From positions 931-64,930 of the forward strand of contig JBDTMI010000001.1 in the NCBI GenBank assembly GCA_039934355.1: a DNA stretch of 64,000 bases, read 5' to 3'. The notes below the pieces were generated by a model. It made no database searches, was not told the DNA's origin, and was given only the letters and a program-made list of their open reading frames with translations. Position numbers and translations under genes: made by a program. The stretch is from Gemmatimonadales bacterium (lineage in GTDB: Bacteria; Gemmatimonadota; Gemmatimonadetes; Gemmatimonadales; GWC2-71-9). Shown here in pieces: positions 7,937-17,191 of the stretch. How positions within the stretch are numbered: position 1 is the first letter of the stretch; every line of letters starts with the position of its first letter.

Positions 7937-8794
7937 TCAGGGTGCGCTGCGTGGCTCGCCTCCGTGGTACTGCTCACCGGCCTCGACTGAAAAGGGAATT
8001 GTGTTGCCCGGCCAGGGTGCGGGACAAGGAAAGGCGGAGGAGTAGGCGCAGAAGGGATTGCGGGCCCGGTTGAAGTCGAGACGATATCGCTCGCTGCCGG
8101 CCGGGGTCAGCGTCACGAATCGTCCGGCGGGGTAGCTGCCGTGGCCACTGGTGCTGTCGCGAAAATAAATCAGCAGCTCCGTCTCATCCGCTTCATCGCC
8201 GGGGACACGGTATACCCGCAACCGCGTGCTCCCGCCCGCCCGCGCAACCTGGATGAACCCAGCCTCATGGGCCTCGACGTCGGTGCCATCGGGACCGAGG
8301 ATGCGGAAGGCCTCGCGTCGTCCGCCCGGTTGCAGCGTCAGCGTGAGATCGAATCCTGGCGCCGGAGGAAACCAGGTGGGCGGTGCGAATCCTCTCACTG
8401 CGCCGAACGCCGCGATCACGCTGCGTCCCGGGAGACCGCTCGCGATCAGCGTGAAGGCGCCAACCGGTACCGGTCGTCCGCGAGGCAGGACCACCCGGTT
8501 GCTGTCTCGGCGAAATACCACGACCGTGCCCTCCTCACGGGCCATCCCGCGTCCGATGCCTGGCAGGGGAATATCGGACGGTTCCCTCCCGATACTGATG
8601 CCATCGCCAACGGGCTGGATGCGGAGGAGCGCAAACGGGGAGAGCGGGGCGGTCGCGAGCCATGCGGCGTACTCGTGGCGTTCACGTTCGAGGTCGTCGC
8701 CCTGCTGTGCGGCCATCGACGACAAAGGGCAGCTCGCCAGCACCAGCATGGTGACCCACCGGTGTCCCAGGCGTCCGCCTGTCACCTGCGTCAT
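7937..8794 (-). CDS. DUF1684 family protein
   Basis: C-terminal signature FRDSTSGHGSYPAGRFVTL...YRLDFNRARNPFCAYSSAFPCPAPWPGNTIPFSVEAGE matches the DUF1684 pattern as I recall it. Confidence 0.7.
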   Translation of the reverse strand: MTQVTGGRLGHRWVTMLVLASCPLSSMAAQQGDDLERERHEYAAWLATAPLSPFALLRIQPVGDGISIGREPSDIPLPGIGRGMAREEGTVVVFRRDSNRVVLPRGRPVPVGAFTLIASGLPGRSVIAAFGAVRGFAPPTWFPPAPGFDLTLTLQPGGRREAFRILGPDGTDVEAHEAGFIQVARAGGSTRLRVYRVPGDEADETELLIYFRDSTSGHGSYPAGRFVTLTPAGSERYRLDFNRARNPFCAYSSAFPCPAPWPGNTIPFSVEAGEQYHGGEPRSAP

Positions 8795-8807
8795 GACGCC
8801 GGCGGTT

Positions 8808-9608
8808 TCATGAGCTGGTCAGGGTGCCGACGAGGAATGGCGTCGTCGTCGGTTGCGGCGACCCGCCCGCGGGCTCCTCGGTGATCGCGGCGGCCGTCAG
8901 CTCCATGCCCTCGGGAACCTTGATCTCCTGGACCATGCCATGGCCGCTCGGCTCGGTGTTGAACGTGACCGAGGGAATCGGTTTGCCATTCTTCGGGATG
9001 AACCAGAGCTGGTAGGCGCGGGTCGCGGCCGCGGGTGACAGCTGGAAGGCATGGATCGTCAGCAAATTGGATTTGCGATTCCAGAAAAGCTGCACCACAG
9101 GTTGCGGCGTGCCCGGGGTACCCATCCGGGTCAACTGGACGTTGGGATCGAGGATGGCATTCAGTTCGGCCTCACGTCTCGCCAGTTTCGCGTCGCGGCT
9201 GGCGAGGGTCGCTTCAAGCTCGGAAATCGATGTGGTCTGCAGGGCGAGCAGTTCGCGGAGGGCGCGTTGCTGCAGCGCGAGCCCCGCGACGGCGACCAGA
9301 CTCGCGGCCAGGCCGATCCACGCCACGACCTGGGTCCGGACCTTCGGGGCGGGGAGGTGCCGCACCTTGGCGCTGGTCGCCCGCTCGACCACCCGCTGCT
9401 TGAGGTCCGGGGACGGCCCGGCGCTGATGGCCGTCGTGGAGCCCAGGGCCATCAGGGCGCCCACCTCGCGGTACTCGGCCACTTCCCGCTGGCCGGCGGG
9501 CGAGGTGGCGAGCCACACTTCGAACGCCCGGCTTTCCTCGGCGCTGAGCGCGCCGAACGCATAGGCGGCCGTCAGCTCCAGCATGTCCTGCTCGTGATTG
9601 GCGCTCAC
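8808..9608 (-). CDS. Anti-sigma factor (RskA-like, single-pass membrane)
   Basis: N-terminal zinc-less anti-sigma-type helix region (LTAAYAFGALSAEESRAFEVWL), a central TM segment (VVAWIGLAASLVAVAGLAL), and a C-terminal RskA-like domain. Its GTG start overlaps the sigma gene stop. Confidence 0.75.
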   Translation of the reverse strand: MSANHEQDMLELTAAYAFGALSAEESRAFEVWLATSPAGQREVAEYREVGALMALGSTTAISAGPSPDLKQRVVERATSAKVRHLPAPKVRTQVVAWIGLAASLVAVAGLALQQRALRELLALQTTSISELEATLASRDAKLARREAELNAILDPNVQLTRMGTPGTPQPVVQLFWNRKSNLLTIHAFQLSPAAATRAYQLWFIPKNGKPIPSVTFNTEPSGHGMVQEIKVPEGMELTAAAITEEPAGGSPQPTTTPFLVGTLTSS

Positions 9609-10210
9609 ACGGCCCCCTCGAAATAGTACGGACGCAGGGTATCACGGAGCTTCTGCATTCCGAGGCGCATCCGGGTCTTGATCGTGCCGAGCGGCTCCCG
9701 GAGCTGGTCCGCAATCTCCGACTGCGACAATCCTTCGTAGTAGGCCAGCTCAAGTGCCTGACGCTGCGGCGCGGAGAGGCTGCTCATGGCGGTCGCCACC
9801 GCCGTGCGGCGTTCAGCGTCCTCCAGCGCGGAGCCGGGTGAGCGAAATCCCTGGCTCATCGCGGGGGCGCTGCTGGCATCAGCCTGGGCCGCGGTCTCGG
9901 TGATCCGCGTGCGGCGGGCACGGGCGCGCACCAGGTCCAGCGCACGGCTCCGCGCCATCATGGTGAGCCACGCCGCCGCGGATCCGCGAGTGGTGTCGAA
10001 CCGCGCGGCTTCCTTCCACGCCTGTGCGAAGGCCGCCATCACCACTTCTTCGGCGTCCGCCTTTTCCCCGGTAATCCGGAATGCGACGGCGTACAACACT
10101 GGTCCGAAGCGATCATAGAGCAGACCCAGGGCACTCTCGTCACCCTGCGCGACCTGAAGCACCAGGTCGGCGTCACGGGACGGCGTACTCGAGGTCAGCG
10201 AATCGGTCAT
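9605..10210 (-). CDS. ECF-type RNA polymerase sigma-70 family factor
   Basis: Internal ATG at 10210 in track ORF 9605..10366. Region 2 reads LLYDRFGPVLYAVAFRITGEKADAEEVV. Region 4 HTH reads LELAYYEGLSQSEIADQLREPLGTIKTRMRLGMQKLR. Confidence 0.85.
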   Translation of the reverse strand: MTDSLTSSTPSRDADLVLQVAQGDESALGLLYDRFGPVLYAVAFRITGEKADAEEVVMAAFAQAWKEAARFDTTRGSAAAWLTMMARSRALDLVRARARRTRITETAAQADASSAPAMSQGFRSPGSALEDAERRTAVATAMSSLSAPQRQALELAYYEGLSQSEIADQLREPLGTIKTRMRLGMQKLRDTLRPYYFEGAV

Positions 10211-10362
10211 GAGGGGGCGGGGTCTCGCGTTCCACGGTACCGGGTGGGCTGCGTCGGGGGACAGGGACGCCATGATTCTAAGTCCCCGGAGGAATTCCCC
10301 ACAAGAGCGGGCCACAAGGAATGAGGGCGTCGCTCGTTCCGCGCGCGACACGGCGGCCCGGC

Positions 10363-10818
10363 TCATGGGAGGGATCTCGCCGAGCCGCCCGGAGTGAACA
10401 GCAGGCTGGTCCGATGCTCCCCATACTCGATCCGCACCACATTGACCTGATCCTCGAACAGCTCCATGTGCATCGCCTGCCGAACGCGGGCGCCTGCGAG
10501 ACCGTGCGGCAAGGCGGCCCGCAGGGTAACCAGCGTGATATCGCCATCGATCCTGGTGCCAACGAGCGCCAGCGTCGCGGGACGGCCCGCGGGGTCGGCG
10601 AGGGTCAGCGTCGCCCGGACATATCGCACGAGGGCCGAGTCGTCGGCGGCGTGCTCCCGGGCGGCAACCGCACGATGCAGGTCATCAGTGAAGGCGCGCA
10701 CCGTGATCTCGATCTCGCCCCGGTGCTCGCGCATGTCGGTGTGCGTGGTGTGCAGCGGATGCACCACCGGGGTGAGAAGCAGTCCCGCGACTCCCAGGAC
10801 TCGGTGCAGCGTGATCAC
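10363..10818 (-). CDS. DUF6702-like secreted protein
   Basis: Track ORF of 151 aa. HPLHTTHTDM...EIEITVRAFTDDLHRAV...ELFEDQVNVVRIEY resembles the DUF6702 pattern (HxxHxSxT..., RxFxDDL, DLFxEQxNVV) from memory. It overlaps the TPR gene stop by 4 nt. Confidence 0.45.
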   Translation of the reverse strand: MITLHRVLGVAGLLLTPVVHPLHTTHTDMREHRGEIEITVRAFTDDLHRAVAAREHAADDSALVRYVRATLTLADPAGRPATLALVGTRIDGDITLVTLRAALPHGLAGARVRQAMHMELFEDQVNVVRIEYGEHRTSLLFTPGGSARSLP

Positions 10819-12125
10819 CGTCGCGCGGCGGGGAAGGCGGCGAGGGTCGCACGTGCCGTGTCCGCCGCGAAGGGATCGAAGTGCGGATTGATGGCCAGCG
10901 CCTCCGCGAGTCGGGTGCGTGCCGCGGTCGTGTCGCCCACCGCAAGGGCAATCATGCCTGCGTGGTAGTAGAGGAGTCCGTCCCGGGTGTGCTGTGCCAG
11001 CGCCGCGGCAGCGTACGACTCGGCGGCACGATCCTGCCCCGACCGGTGGAGCGCCCAGCCGAGGAGGTCCGCCCCGTAGACATCGGTGCGGGTGGCGTAG
11101 TCCTTCGTGGCGCGCGTGAGCATCTCCTCGACCCGCCGGCCGTGATCGAGCAGAAAGAGCGCCCAGCCGCGATGAAATCCGCTGGGCTGTTTCGACACGG
11201 CAACTTCCATCGCGCGGCTGTACTCCTCGGCCTGTGCCGTGTCGCCCTGTGTCGCGTAGCCTTCGGCAAGCAGTGCGAGCGTCATCGGATCGAACCGGCC
11301 GGCCAGCGCGCGCTCCGCCAGCGGGATGGCCGAAGGCCAGTCGGCTTCAGCGGCACTGAGCCGCGCCGAGGCGGCGAGCAGCTGCGGGTCATCCGGCAGC
11401 AGTGCGAGGCCCCGGGCGTAGTGGGTCCCGGCGAGGTCGGGGCGACCATTCTTTGCGGCCAGCTCTCCGATGCGCAGTTCCAGCCACGCGAGCTGTTCGG
11501 GCGGAACGCCGAAGCCGCCGGAGAGCGAATCACCCATCGCTTCGAGCATCGTCCGCGCCTCGCCACTGTGACCAGTGAGTTCCAGCCAGCGCGCGTAACG
11601 GGGAGCAACGGCTGGTGAGGAGCGGGTCAGGGCCACAGAGGAGAAGAGACGCCCAGCTTCTTCGTATCGGCCCAATTCCAGCGCAACCTCGCCGAGCGTG
11701 GCGCGGGCCCCGAGATCGCTGGAATCCTGGGCGACAAGTTGCTCCGCTGCCTGGTATGCCTCTACGAACCGGTGCTGCGCCATCAGGCTGCTGATGAGCA
11801 CGCTCAAGGCCGCGGTGTTGCGTTTATGACGGGTCGTGAGACTTGCCCGCGCCAGCGACTCGGCGCGGAGGATGTCGTTCTCGCTGCCGCTGAAGCGCGC
11901 CCGCTGCAGGTATAGGGCACCGAGCACGGAACGATCGCGCGCGCCGTAGGGATCCCGCGCCACGCGGGCTTCATAGAAGGTGATGTCCTGATCGTGAATC
12001 CCTCGTGCTGCGGCTGCGCGATGAGCCGGCGTCTCGGCGCCGTCATGGTCCAGGTCATCTCGCGCCGACCGACAGCTCAGGGTGACGGTGGTCCATGCAA
12101 GGAGGAACAACCGTGGGAGATGCAT
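10815..12125 (-). CDS. Tetratricopeptide-repeat protein
   Basis: Internal ATG at 12125 (MHLPRLFLLAWTTVTLSC...). Multiple Ala/Leu/Tyr-rich 34-aa TPR-like repeats run through to the C-terminus. Confidence 0.7.
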   Translation of the reverse strand: MHLPRLFLLAWTTVTLSCRSARDDLDHDGAETPAHRAAAARGIHDQDITFYEARVARDPYGARDRSVLGALYLQRARFSGSENDILRAESLARASLTTRHKRNTAALSVLISSLMAQHRFVEAYQAAEQLVAQDSSDLGARATLGEVALELGRYEEAGRLFSSVALTRSSPAVAPRYARWLELTGHSGEARTMLEAMGDSLSGGFGVPPEQLAWLELRIGELAAKNGRPDLAGTHYARGLALLPDDPQLLAASARLSAAEADWPSAIPLAERALAGRFDPMTLALLAEGYATQGDTAQAEEYSRAMEVAVSKQPSGFHRGWALFLLDHGRRVEEMLTRATKDYATRTDVYGADLLGWALHRSGQDRAAESYAAAALAQHTRDGLLYYHAGMIALAVGDTTAARTRLAEALAINPHFDPFAADTARATLAAFPAARR

Positions 12126-12209
12126 GATCGATCCGCAGGGTAAGGCGCTGGCCCGAGGACCGAACGACTCGAGGAGGCGAGCCGTACGACCGCCGGGCCG
12201 TCGCATTAA

Positions 12210-12827
12210 TCAGTTCGGTGCTGCGAGGTACGGGAAGGTCGTGGTGAAGGTCGTGGGCTCCGGCCCCGGGGCGGCGCAGTTGCCACAGGGTACGTTGTCG
12301 GTGATCAGACTCGGTGTCGTGTGGGTCGGGTCGGCGCCGAATGGATCACCGAACACCGCGAGCAGGGCAAGGTCGGTCACATCGTCGGACAGCAGACGAC
12401 CGCCGTATCCGTTGGTAAAGGGTGCGAGCGGCAGCCAAGTGAGCCAGCCGGCGCCGGAGGCGGCGGTGGGATCCTTGTCAGTCTGGACGATCAGCATGTC
12501 GGGCAACAGGGCACCGGCCAGGACACCGACGTAGCCGCTGTCACGGCCGGCGAATGTCGTCGCCGATCCGAGCACCAGATGGCCGAAGATCTCGGGGCCG
12601 ATGAGCGCGCCGTCCTGATCGGGGCCAATGGAACCGTGGGTTGGGTGGCTCCGCTTGTCCAGCAGGACTTCGCTGATCAGCGGATTGCCGAGGCGCTGGA
12701 CCTGATTGTACGTCGTGGTTTTGCCGGGGCCGGTGCTCGTGTTGTTGTCGCTGCATGCGCCAACGGCGAGGACGAGTCCGAGAAGAAGGGCGCCGCCGAG
12801 GCTGCGCCGCATGGAACGGGTCTGCAT
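12210..12827 (-). CDS. DUF4331 C-terminal-half homolog, predicted lipoprotein
   Basis: Lipobox LVLAVGAC. Motifs QVQRLGNPLISEVLL, GYGGRLLSDDVTDLALL and terminal FPYLAAPN match the C-terminal part of canonical DUF4331. Confidence 0.65.
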   Translation of the reverse strand: MQTRSMRRSLGGALLLGLVLAVGACSDNNTSTGPGKTTTYNQVQRLGNPLISEVLLDKRSHPTHGSIGPDQDGALIGPEIFGHLVLGSATTFAGRDSGYVGVLAGALLPDMLIVQTDKDPTAASGAGWLTWLPLAPFTNGYGGRLLSDDVTDLALLAVFGDPFGADPTHTTPSLITDNVPCGNCAAPGPEPTTFTTTFPYLAAPN

Positions 12828-12851
12828 GATGGGAAATCTCCGTTGCGTCGG

Positions 12852-13595
12852 TTAGCGGCTGATGGTGCCCCAGATGCCCAGCTTGCCCGGCGCGCCATTC
12901 TCCAGCAGGCTGCTCGGAAGCTCGACAACAATGGACAGGAGGTTGAAACCGGCGGTGTAATTGACGGCCTGGCCGACGGGCCGGAATGCGGCCGACGGCA
13001 GGGCGCACGGTGCGGCGAGTGCGCCGGTCACCGGCTTGCGGTCGGGCAGGATGCAGAACGCGGCTTCGAGATCAATGAAGAACGGATCATCGCGCGAGCC
13101 GGCAAAGGCCTGAATGTTCGAGCTCGATCCGAAGTTGGTGTTGAAATCCCCGCGGAGGACGCTCGCCTTTGTATTGACGGTATTCATCATGGCACCAACC
13201 GTGACACCGGCGTCGGTGGCGGAGAACGGCCCGCGCACGACGGCTTTCTGATTGCTGCCGGTGCCCTCGAAGGTGACCTGAATGATCCGGTCTTCGACGG
13301 CATCGCCGTCATTGTCGATCTTGAACTGATAGAGAATGTTCGGGTCAAACCGTGCCGCACCGGTCTGGGCCGGCGAGAGGAACGGGCTGGAATTCATGAC
13401 GAGAACGATCCGGCCGGCGGTGGAGCCGGGAAAGGCATACACATCGCTCATATCCATTCGCGGATTGAGCTCCACTAGCGGGGTGTCCTGGTGATCGGAG
13501 CCCACTGCAACGCCGACTCCACCGGCGAGAGCGCCGGCGACGAGGACGAAGGCAGCGAGCCGCTGCGTGCGCGAAAGGGCGCGCCAACGGGTCAT
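12852..13595 (-). CDS. DUF4331 N-terminal-half homolog, secreted
   Basis: Signal peptide present. Motifs SDHQDTPLV, DMSDVYAF, YQFKIDNDGDAVED, FAGSRDDPFFIDL and NLLSIVVELP...IWGTISR match the N-terminal part of canonical DUF4331. Confidence 0.7.
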   Translation of the reverse strand: MTRWRALSRTQRLAAFVLVAGALAGGVGVAVGSDHQDTPLVELNPRMDMSDVYAFPGSTAGRIVLVMNSSPFLSPAQTGAARFDPNILYQFKIDNDGDAVEDRIIQVTFEGTGSNQKAVVRGPFSATDAGVTVGAMMNTVNTKASVLRGDFNTNFGSSSNIQAFAGSRDDPFFIDLEAAFCILPDRKPVTGALAAPCALPSAAFRPVGQAVNYTAGFNLLSIVVELPSSLLENGAPGKLGIWGTISR

Positions 13596-13882
13596 GGGAG
13601 TACTCCTGGTGCAAAGGGTATCGGGGCTGTGTAGACGCCCACGGTTCGAGCGACGACAGAGATGGATTCGTCGCCTGCACCCTCGTTACGCCAGTCGAGC
13701 GGGAGTGGATCTATCGGCGGGGCGGAGCCTGGAGAGGTCAGCCAATGGCCGTTAGCCGTTGGCGATTGGCACTCGTCTCACCAAGCTTCGCCCCGCCACC
13801 CGCCAGCGGAAATCCGATCGAGCCCACCGGCCGTAGTCGATTGGTTACCCTTCACGCCGCACTACCATCCGGAGTCACGTCC

Positions 13883-15970
13883 GTGTCGCGAATCCGCCGG
13901 CTCGGCCCGCTTGTCGCCGCGATCACTTTCTTCGCGGGTGCGCTGGAAGCCCAGGACTCGCTCCCGGCGTCGGCACGGGACACCGCGAAGGCCGTCGAGC
14001 TGCGCGCCATCACCGTGACAGGCCGCGCCGATGATCTTATCGGCACCGCGAGCACCGCCTCGGAAGGCCGGGTCGGCGCCGCCGATCTCCGGATCCGCCC
14101 TATTGCGCGGGAAGGGGAGCTTCTCGAGACCGTCCCCGGTGTCATCGTGACCCAGCACTCCGGCGACGGGAAAGCCAACCAGTATTTCGTACGCGGCTTT
14201 AATCTCGATCACGGGACGGATTTTCAGACCCGCATTGAAGGAATGCCGGTCAACATGGCGTCGCACGCTCACGGACAGGGGTATACCGATCTGAATTTCC
14301 TTATCCCGGAGCTGGTCGAGTATCTCGACTACCGGCTGGGCGTCTACCACGCGGAAGTGGGCGACTTCGGCAGCGCTGGCAGCGCCGAGTTTCATCTGGT
14401 CAAGCGCCTTGCCCGGCCATTCGTGACGGTGGGCGGCGGGGAGTTTGGTCTGGCCCGGGGCGCGGCGGGCGTCTCGGAGCGGGTGGGTAACGGCGATCTG
14501 CTGGTGGCGGGGGAGGTCAAAGGGTACAACGGTCCCTGGCAACTGGCCCAGCGGGTACGGAAGTTCAGTGGCGTTTCCCGGTATTCCTGGAATCGGGGCG
14601 CGTCGCAATTCTCCCTGCTGGCCATGGGATACCGCAACACCTGGAATTCCTCGGACCAGATTCCCCTGCGTGCAGTGCAGAGCGGGCTCATCTCGCGGTT
14701 CGGCAATATCGACAACTCCGACGGCGGCAACACCCAGCGCTACAGTCTCTCCGGTTCCTGGCGACATGTCGGTGACAACTCGGTGCAAGATGTCCAGCTC
14801 TTCGGCATCTACTCCGATCTCAGCCTCTTCTCGAACTTTGGGTACTTCCTCGACGATACGCTGCAGGGCGACCAGTTCAATCAGCGGGAACACCGTGTGG
14901 TCCTCGGCGCGAGCGTGAAGCACACCCAGCCGGTGGAGGCGATGGGCATCGGGCATGTGCTGAAGCTGGGGGGACAGACCCGGGCGGATGTCATTACCGG
15001 TCTGGGCCTCTACCACACTGTGGCACGGCGCCGGGTCGGCACGGTGCGGCAGGACGACGTGCGGGAGTGGGGTACGGGCGGATATGCCGAACTCGAATCG
15101 CGCTGGACACCGAGGTTCCGCTCGGTGCTCGGCGCGCGGGCGGACGTGTACGCCTTCAACGTCGATGCCCACATCAGCCAGAATTCCGGGAGCCGGACGG
15201 CGGCCATCGTCAGTCCCAAGGCTTCCTTCGTGTTCGCGCCCACGGCCGGCACCGAACTCTACCTTAGCGGCGGGCTCGGCTTCCACAGCAACGACGCACG
15301 AGGGACCACGATCAGCGTCGATCCGGTCTCCGGCGGAACGGCGCAGCAGGTGGATCCCCTAGTACGCTCGAGGGGTGCGGAACTCGGGCTCCGAGTGACG
15401 CCGCTGGCGGGATGGCGATCGACGGTGACGGCCTGGCTGCTGGATCTCGACAGCGAACTGCTCTTCATCGGCGACGGCGGAGCCACCGAGCCGTCCGCGG
15501 CCAGCCGTCGCCGCGGCATCACCTTCGCCAACTTCTACCGGCCCTTCCCCCAGCTGTCGCTCGACCTGGACGTATCGCTCGCCCATGCCCGCTTTGCCGG
15601 AGTGCCGAGTGGTCAGGATCGCATACCAGGCGCGTTGGAGAGCGTCGTGGCGGCTGGGATTACCTGGAGTCCGGTGGAGCGTGGGCTCTTCGGCGCAATA
15701 CGGGTGCGCAATTTCGGCGCGTACTCGCTGATCGAGGACAACTCCGTCCGGGCCACCCCAACGACAATGCTGAGTGCCGACGCGGGATTCCTTGTGTCCG
15801 GGATCCGAATCCAGGCCAGTGTGCTCAATCTGCTGAACGCGCGGGATGACGATATCCAGTACTACTACGCCTCACGATTGCCGGGCGAAGCGGCGGGAGG
15901 CGTCGAGGACGTGCATTTCCATCCGGTGGAGCCGCGGCAGGTGCGGGTTTCGCTCGGATGGGGACTGTAA
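13883..15970 (+). CDS. TonB-dependent outer-membrane receptor
   Basis: Track ORF 13745..15970. The GTG at 13883 gives a good signal peptide ((M)SRIRRLGPLVAAITFFAGALEA/Q). Plug motifs: ITVTGRADD, ETVPGVIVTQHSGDGKANQYFVRGF. A long beta-barrel follows. The start is uncertain. Confidence 0.8.
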   Translation: MSRIRRLGPLVAAITFFAGALEAQDSLPASARDTAKAVELRAITVTGRADDLIGTASTASEGRVGAADLRIRPIAREGELLETVPGVIVTQHSGDGKANQYFVRGFNLDHGTDFQTRIEGMPVNMASHAHGQGYTDLNFLIPELVEYLDYRLGVYHAEVGDFGSAGSAEFHLVKRLARPFVTVGGGEFGLARGAAGVSERVGNGDLLVAGEVKGYNGPWQLAQRVRKFSGVSRYSWNRGASQFSLLAMGYRNTWNSSDQIPLRAVQSGLISRFGNIDNSDGGNTQRYSLSGSWRHVGDNSVQDVQLFGIYSDLSLFSNFGYFLDDTLQGDQFNQREHRVVLGASVKHTQPVEAMGIGHVLKLGGQTRADVITGLGLYHTVARRRVGTVRQDDVREWGTGGYAELESRWTPRFRSVLGARADVYAFNVDAHISQNSGSRTAAIVSPKASFVFAPTAGTELYLSGGLGFHSNDARGTTISVDPVSGGTAQQVDPLVRSRGAELGLRVTPLAGWRSTVTAWLLDLDSELLFIGDGGATEPSAASRRRGITFANFYRPFPQLSLDLDVSLAHARFAGVPSGQDRIPGALESVVAAGITWSPVERGLFGAIRVRNFGAYSLIEDNSVRATPTTMLSADAGFLVSGIRIQASVLNLLNARDDDIQYYYASRLPGEAAGGVEDVHFHPVEPRQVRVSLGWGL

Positions 15971-16012
15971 AGGAAGGCGATAGACGACAAGCGGGGGGGG
16001 CGTCCGGAACGG

Positions 16013-17173
16013 TCACCACTCCCAGAATCGCTCAGGCCGCAGCGCCGCGATCCGCTCGACTTCGTTCTCACCGTTCATCAGTTGGGCGAGGATCAGTCCG
16101 GTGATGCCGGCCAGCAGGACGCCGTTCCGGCCGTGCCCGGTCGCATACCACAAGCCTTCGAGACGCGGCTCCGCCCCCACGACGGGCAAACCGTCCGGTG
16201 TCACCGGGCGCAGGCCGGCCCAGGTGCGGAGCACCTCGCCGCGAGCCAATGTGGGTATCAGCGCGCTCACCCCGGTAAAGATCTCCGCCAGTCCCGCTGC
16301 GGTGACTTCGGTCGAGTAGCCGACCGGTTCCATGGTACTGCCGATGATGGCTTCCCCGTCTCGCTCGACCACGTACGCGTTTCGTCCCACGACGACGGCT
16401 CGTGGGGTACCTGTCGGCCATTGCATCGCGGCCATCTGGCCCCGGACCGGTTCGACCGAGAGCGGCCGGGGGAGACCGGCGAGGCGCCCGGACCAGGCCC
16501 CCGCGGCGATGACCACGGCGCCGGCGGCGTACTGCTCCCTGGCGAGTACTCCACTGACACGGTTCCCACGCCGGACGATACTGAGTGCCCGATCGGTGAC
16601 GACGGTGACGCCGAGCCGGACGGCATCCTTGAGCAACGCCTCGACCAGCCGGATCGGATGCAGCGCCGCATCGCGGGAAGCAAAGAGTGCCCCGCTGGTG
16701 GGACCCACCCAGGGCCAGCGTCGCTTGACCTCCGCGCCGTCGAACCAGTCGCACACATGCCCCTGCTGTCGTTGCCATGCGACCTGGGACCGTAACTGAG
16801 CGGCATCGGCGTCATCCGCCGCGAGACGGGTGATGCCTTCCTGCCAGAAGCCAATGTCGATCCCGGTGCGTTCCAGCAGCACGGGCGCCAGTTCGGCGTA
16901 ACGCTCCCGGCCGGCGATCCCAAGTTCAAAGAGCGGATCATCCTGCAGCACGCCAACTTGGGCGGAGAGCATCCCGGCGGCTGCGTGCCAGGCATCACCC
17001 TCGTCGCCGCCCCGATCAAGGAGCAGGACCCGGCGACCCGTCTCGGCCAGCTCGCGGGCGCACGCCGCCCCGACGATGCCGCCCCCCACCACGATCACAT
17101 CGAAGGAATCTGTCACGTCGGCCGATACGAAACTTTGTGGAACGTGGCGCGTACAGGGCGCCACGTCTGACAT
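16013..17173 (-). CDS. FAD-dependent oxidoreductase (glycine oxidase ThiO / D-amino-acid oxidase family)
   Basis: Internal ATG at 17173 (alternative GTG at 17116) in track ORF 16013..17620. Rossmann motif FDVIVVGGGIVGAACARELAETGRRVLLLDRG. The 149-codon upstream extension is acidic low-complexity sequence and overlaps the divergent gene. Confidence 0.8.
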   Translation of the reverse strand: MSDVAPCTRHVPQSFVSADVTDSFDVIVVGGGIVGAACARELAETGRRVLLLDRGGDEGDAWHAAAGMLSAQVGVLQDDPLFELGIAGRERYAELAPVLLERTGIDIGFWQEGITRLAADDADAAQLRSQVAWQRQQGHVCDWFDGAEVKRRWPWVGPTSGALFASRDAALHPIRLVEALLKDAVRLGVTVVTDRALSIVRRGNRVSGVLAREQYAAGAVVIAAGAWSGRLAGLPRPLSVEPVRGQMAAMQWPTGTPRAVVVGRNAYVVERDGEAIIGSTMEPVGYSTEVTAAGLAEIFTGVSALIPTLARGEVLRTWAGLRPVTPDGLPVVGAEPRLEGLWYATGHGRNGVLLAGITGLILAQLMNGENEVERIAALRPERFWEW

Positions 17174-17191
17174 CTCCTGGAGGAAAATAGC

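Noticed and set aside
13596-13882. Possible cobalamin or other riboswitch leader upstream of the TonB-dependent receptor
   Set aside because: No B12-box-like core (GCCACTG context) or other riboswitch consensus was seen. Only small local hairpins are present.
13862-15286. 474-aa minus-strand ORF inside the TonB-dependent receptor gene, and 37407..38756 plus-strand opposite the beta-propeller gene
   Set aside because: They lie opposite genes with plug/barrel or propeller motifs, and they have shadow-type composition.
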